Of a stretch of DNA of 64,000 nucleotides, positions 59,880 through 64,000 are shown in pieces. The notes below the pieces were generated by a model, which was given only the letters and a program-made list of their open reading frames with translations, was not told the DNA's origin and searched no databases. Position numbers and translations under genes: made by a program. The number at the start of each line of letters is the position of its first letter. The stretch's first letter is position 1. This DNA is from Myxococcota bacterium (GTDB taxonomy: Bacteria > Myxococcota_A > UBA9042 > PHBI01 > JAWLBL01), in the NCBI GenBank assembly GCA_041687695.1, contig JAWLBL010000015.1, positions 3,627 to 67,626 on the forward strand, given 5' to 3'.

Positions 59880-61159
59880 CCTCGCCCGCCGACCTCCTCG
59901 CCCGCGATCGCGCCGTCGCCTGGCACCCCTTCACCCAGGCAGCCACCGCCCCCGCCCCGCTGCCGGTCGTCGCCGCCCAGGGCGCCTGGCTGCACCTCGC
60001 CGACGGCCGCCGCCTGCTCGACGCCATCAGCAGCTGGTGGACGGTCCTGCACGGCCACGCCCACCCGGCCATCACCGCCGCCATCGCCCGCCAGGCCGCC
60101 ACCCTCGATCACGTCCTGTTCGCGGGCTGCACCCACCCGCCGGCCGTCGCCGTCGCCGAGCGCCTGGTCGCCCTCGCGCCCCCCGGCCTCACCCGGGTCT
60201 TCTTCTCGGACGACGGCTCCACCGCTGTCGAGGTCGCCCTGAAGATGGCCTTCCAGGCCGCCGCCAACCGCGCCGAGCCGGCCCGCCGCGCCTTCGTCGC
60301 CTTCGAGCACGGCTACCACGGCGACACCGTCGGCGCGATGTCCCTGGGCGACCCCGGCGACTTCTCGGGCCCCTTCCGGCCCCTGCTGCTGCCGGTCGAG
60401 CGCGTCCCCACGGACGATCTGGCCCCGCTCGCCGACGTCCTGGCCCGCCGCGGCCCCGAGATCGCCGCCGTCGTCATCGAGCCCATGGTCCAGGGCGCGG
60501 GCGGCATGCGGTTCATGACCCCCGACTTCCTGCGCGGCGTCGCCGATCTCACCCGCCGCGCCGGCGCCCTGCTGGTCGCCGACGAGGTCATGACCGGCTT
60601 CGGCCGCACCGGCCGCTGCTTCGCCGTCGAGCACGCCGGGGTCGCCCCCGATCTGATGTGCGTCGCCAAGAGCCTGACCGGCGGCGTCCTGCCCCTGGCC
60701 GCCACCCTGGCCACCGACGCCGTCTACCAGGCCTTCCTGGGCCCCGACACCCGCCGCGCCTTCCTGCACGGCCACTCCTTCACCGCCAACCCCATCGCCT
60801 GCGCCGCCGCCCTGGCCAGCCTCGAGCTCCTGCCCGCCGCCCTCGTTGACGCCGCCCGCATCCAGGCCTTCTACGCCGCGCGCCTGCCGCCCCTGGCCGC
60901 CCACCCGGCGGTCGCCTCGGTCCGCTGGCTGGGCGCCATCGGCGTCGTCCAGCTGGCCGAGGACGCCGACTACTTCGGCTCGGATCTCGGCCCCCGCCTC
61001 CGCGACGCGCTGCTGGCCCGCGGCGTCCTCGCCCGCCCGCTGGGGCCGGTCCTGTACACGATGCCCCCGCTGGGCATCACCGACGCCGAGCTGGCCGCCC
61101 TGTACGACGCCATCGAGGCCGCCCTCGACGATCTCCCGCCGCCTCACGCGTCCAGGTAG
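59876..61159 (+). CDS. bioA: Adenosylmethionine-8-amino-7-oxononanoate aminotransferase
   Basis: WHPFTQ, DAISSWW, DDGSTAVEVALK, YHGDT, DEVMTGFGRTG, AKSLTGG. Confidence 0.97.
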   Translation: MTSPADLLARDRAVAWHPFTQAATAPAPLPVVAAQGAWLHLADGRRLLDAISSWWTVLHGHAHPAITAAIARQAATLDHVLFAGCTHPPAVAVAERLVALAPPGLTRVFFSDDGSTAVEVALKMAFQAAANRAEPARRAFVAFEHGYHGDTVGAMSLGDPGDFSGPFRPLLLPVERVPTDDLAPLADVLARRGPEIAAVVIEPMVQGAGGMRFMTPDFLRGVADLTRRAGALLVADEVMTGFGRTGRCFAVEHAGVAPDLMCVAKSLTGGVLPLAATLATDAVYQAFLGPDTRRAFLHGHSFTANPIACAAALASLELLPAALVDAARIQAFYAARLPPLAAHPAVASVRWLGAIGVVQLAEDADYFGSDLGPRLRDALLARGVLARPLGPVLYTMPPLGITDAELAALYDAIEAALDDLPPPHASR

Positions 61160-61995
61160 CGCACCTCGGCCCGCAGCCCCTCGGGCGTGTGCCACACCGC
61201 CAGCGCCGTGGGCGCCTCGGCCCCCAGCACCCCCTCGAACGCCGCCAGCGCGTCCGGCGCCTGCTCGGTCCCCAGCGCCCGCGCCACCTCGACCAACAGC
61301 GCCCGCCCCGGCTCGCGCGCCACCAGCCCGGCCCGCCGCAGCCCGTTCGCGTCGAACGCCGCCGCCACCGACAGCCGCCCGCGCCCCTCGACCTTGAACG
61401 GCGCCAGCACCCGCTCGTCCAGCAGCGCCACCCCGACCCGCGCCAGCAGCCCCATCGCCACCCGCACGTCCCCGCGCGCCGACGACCCGACCGCCGGCAC
61501 CTCGAGGCAGCTCCACGACCCCTGCGCGTCGAACCCGTGGGTCACCTCGCTCGCCCACTGCGCGGCCGGCGCGTCCGCCCACGCCCGCAGCCCGCGCCGC
61601 AGCGCCCCGTCCGGCAGCCCGTCGCCCACCGCGTCCAGCCCCAGCCGCCCCGACAGCGCCCACCCGCACGCCGTCTGCCCCTGCGCCAGCGTCAGCCAGG
61701 CCGCGGCCCGCTCGACGTCCATCACCTCCTCGAGCTCGCCCAGCACCGTCCAGGCCACCCGCGGCGCCCGCAGCGCCGTCAGCGCCGAGCGCAGCCGCAC
61801 CGTCATCGCCCGCGGCGCCCCGGACGCTCGCAGCGTCGCCTGATCCAGCCCCAGCCCGACCTGCACGCCCAGCCGGACGTCCCCGTCCCCTGGCGGCGCC
61901 AGCGTGTCCAGCCAACGTCCGACCAGCCCTCGGCGCCAAGAGGTCACCCGCAGAGACCCCAGCGCCAGGTGCAACCCCATGCGGCCTCGGTCCAC
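61144..61995 (-). CDS. Hypothetical protein
   Basis: GC3-biased frame with protein-like composition; no motif recognised; start uncertain. Confidence 0.55.
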   Translation of the reverse strand: MDRGRMGLHLALGSLRVTSWRRGLVGRWLDTLAPPGDGDVRLGVQVGLGLDQATLRASGAPRAMTVRLRSALTALRAPRVAWTVLGELEEVMDVERAAAWLTLAQGQTACGWALSGRLGLDAVGDGLPDGALRRGLRAWADAPAAQWASEVTHGFDAQGSWSCLEVPAVGSSARGDVRVAMGLLARVGVALLDERVLAPFKVEGRGRLSVAAAFDANGLRRAGLVAREPGRALLVEVARALGTEQAPDALAAFEGVLGAEAPTALAVWHTPEGLRAEVRYLDA

Positions 61996-62085
61996 GCGAC
62001 ACCTCTTCGGTTGGCTGGTTCCTTCCAGCCTCCGCCGAGGGCCGTCGACGCGCCATTACAGCGCGTTACGGACCGCCGACGCGCG

Positions 62086-63000
62086 CTACAGGCTCTCGAT
62101 GAGCAGCCTGGCGACGCCCAGCCGCAGCTGCCCGGTGCCCTGGCGCCGCTCGATCAGATCGACCGCGTTGCCGATGCCGAGCGAGCTGATCAGGCGCCGC
62201 GCCCGGCAGATGTGCACGTTCAGCGTCGCCACGTCGGTCTTGAGCATCCGCACCAGCTCGTCGGTGTGGATCCAGCCGTGCTCGGCGGGGCCCAGATCGC
62301 CCTCGAGGGCGTCCTGCTCGCGCAGCCGCGCCAGGACCAGCAGCAGGTAGGTGAACGACCGCGTCGGCACCGGGATCGGGTCGCCCTCCTCCATCAGCAG
62401 CTGCGTCTCGACGTACTCCTCGTCCTGGCTGACCCCGAAGCGCAGGCCCACGTTGCTGATCTTCGGCTGCGCCAGATCGATCGTCGCGTCCAGGCGCGAC
62501 GGCAGGTGCAGCCGCCAGCGCTCGCCGCCGGCCTCGATCACGTCGCCGTCGCTCAGCTCGACCCGTCGATCGCCCACCTCGGCCGTCCACGCGCCCAGCT
62601 CCTCGAAGATCGTCACCTCGGGTCGGTCCGCCTCGGGCAACACCAGCAGCCCGTCCATGGCCTCGGCCGAGGCGTCGCCGCCGACCGCGAAGGCCATCGC
62701 CTGCGGCGCGTCGTCGTCCACCAGCCGCCAGCGCTCCTCCTCGTTGCCGAAGGCCAGCGTCGATCCGGCCGCCAGACGCACCGAGGCGCCCGACGGCAGA
62801 CGCTGCCCGTCGACGAAGGTGCCGTTGCGGCTGCCAAGATCGCGGACCTCCCAGTACCCCATCGTCCACCCGAGCACCGCGTGCTCGCGCGAGATGTAGC
62901 GCCGGTCGATGCGCACCGCACAAGCGGAGGTGCGTCCGACCAGGGCCCGACCGGGCAGGTGGAGGCGGCGACCGTCTTCCGTTCTCTCGAGGGCTCCCAT
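62086..63000 (-). CDS. FHA-domain protein with C-terminal wHTH-like region
   Basis: VGRT.....I....ISREHA.....WEVRDLGSRNGTFVDG; LNVHICRARR...IERR..TGQLRL. Confidence 0.88.
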   Translation of the reverse strand: MGALERTEDGRRLHLPGRALVGRTSACAVRIDRRYISREHAVLGWTMGYWEVRDLGSRNGTFVDGQRLPSGASVRLAAGSTLAFGNEEERWRLVDDDAPQAMAFAVGGDASAEAMDGLLVLPEADRPEVTIFEELGAWTAEVGDRRVELSDGDVIEAGGERWRLHLPSRLDATIDLAQPKISNVGLRFGVSQDEEYVETQLLMEEGDPIPVPTRSFTYLLLVLARLREQDALEGDLGPAEHGWIHTDELVRMLKTDVATLNVHICRARRLISSLGIGNAVDLIERRQGTGQLRLGVARLLIESL

Positions 63001-63174
63001 CGCGGGGGAAGATAGTCTGATCAGGGGGTTGCGCACAACTTAGGCGACCAACTCCGCCCAGAGGCCGCGCCCCGGGCCCGCGGCAGGCGCCCCCGCGCGC
63101 CCTCGACGGCCCTGCAACCCTGCGCCGTGGCGCCGCTTGGGCCCGCGCCCGTTCTCGGCGATACTCCGCCCGCC

Positions 63175-64000
63175 ATGATGCCTCAGGTCCTCTACTGCCC
63201 GTCCTGTGAGCGCGAGTTCCCGGCCCCCCCGTCCGGCCCGGGGCTACTGCCGTCGTGCCCCAACGACTCGACGCCGCTGTACCTCTTCCCCCGCGGCGTC
63301 CACCCCGGCGACGTCATCGACGGGCGCTACACCCTCGAGCGCCCCCTGGGCCAGGGCGGCATGGGCATCGTCTTCGCGGCGCGTCAACACGCCGTCGACC
63401 GCTCGATCGCCCTCAAGTTCCTCCACGGCGGCAACGCGGCCGATCCCTGCGAGCTCAAGCGCTTCCTCCGCGAGGCCCGCATGAGCGCCGCCATCACCCA
63501 CCCCAACGTCGTGACCGTCCACGACTACGGCCAGACCGCGACCGGCCAGATCTACATCGCCATGGAGCTCATCCACGGCCACCTGCTCTCGCACGTCCTC
63601 GAGGCCGAGGCCCCGCTGTCGCCGCGCCGCGCCGCCATCATCACCGCGCAGGCCGCCGAGGCCCTGTCGGCCGCCCACGCGCGCGGGGTCATCCACCGCG
63701 ATCTCAAGCCCGCCAACGTCTTCCTCGTCCCCGGCGAGGGCGGCGCCGACCTGGTCAAGGTGGTCGACTTCGGCCTGGCCAAGGCCGTCGCCACCCCGGG
63801 CGAGGCCCGCTCGCTGACCGCCACGGGCACCGTCCTGGGCACGCCCGCCTACATGAGCCCCGAGCAGATCCAGAACGGCTTCATCACCCCGGCCAGCGAC
63901 TTCTACGCCCTGGGCTGCCTGCTCTACGAGATGCTCACCGGCGCGCCGCCCTTCCGCGGCAGCATGCTCGACGTCATCATGGGCCAGCTGGGCCGCGATC
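63175..64000 (+). CDS. Ser/Thr protein kinase with N-terminal zinc-ribbon-like motif (partial, runs off window)
   Basis: Manual translation: CPSC...CPND, LGQGGMG, ALK, RFLREA, HRDLKPAN, DFGLAK, GTPAYMSPEQ. Confidence 0.95.
   Translation, partial: MMPQVLYCPSCEREFPAPPSGPGLLPSCPNDSTPLYLFPRGVHPGDVIDGRYTLERPLGQGGMGIVFAARQHAVDRSIALKFLHGGNAADPCELKRFLREARMSAAITHPNVVTVHDYGQTATGQIYIAMELIHGHLLSHVLEAEAPLSPRRAAIITAQAAEALSAAHARGVIHRDLKPANVFLVPGEGGADLVKVVDFGLAKAVATPGEARSLTATGTVLGTPAYMSPEQIQNGFITPASDFYALGCLLYEMLTGAPPFRGSMLDVIMGQLGRD

Overview
Very GC-rich bacterial DNA with a myxobacterial/Myxococcota-like signature (MYXO-CTERM-type tails, many Cys-rich lipoproteins, Ser/Thr kinase, FHA protein); the taxonomy is inferred. 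About 48 real CDSs can be separated from many shadow ORFs. Housekeeping genes include ettA, purU, bioBFDA, two pseudouridine synthases, an HtrA-type protease and an aldehyde dehydrogenase. Accessory blocks: (1) a minus-strand ECF sigma / zinc anti-sigma / exported caspase-barrel / NBR1-Ig / CHAP(Cys->Ser) cluster at 1-8113; (2) a MoxR-vWA-beta-propeller ternary conflict-type operon at 32491-38595; (3) a plastic zone at 40.6-45.6 kb with an AT-richer lipoprotein gene, a displaced 82-bp copy of a glycosyltransferase 3' end and a 7x171-bp REP/BIME-like array; (4) an ABC-ATPase + TOPRIM-like pair at 54922-57029. The most unusual signal is not in the ORF track: a ~320-nt intergenic unit at ~46950-47270 with its own sigma70-type promoter, long-range pairing, a U-tract end, and a central AAAGGAGGTGATCC (full complement of the 16S 3' end) placed before a 14-codon ORF. 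Also seen: a 182-bp MITE, two TetR-type operators, an ACP lacking its Ser, a degenerate hybrid kinase and a probable G-run frameshift. Domain calls come from motif recognition by eye; no database searches were run.
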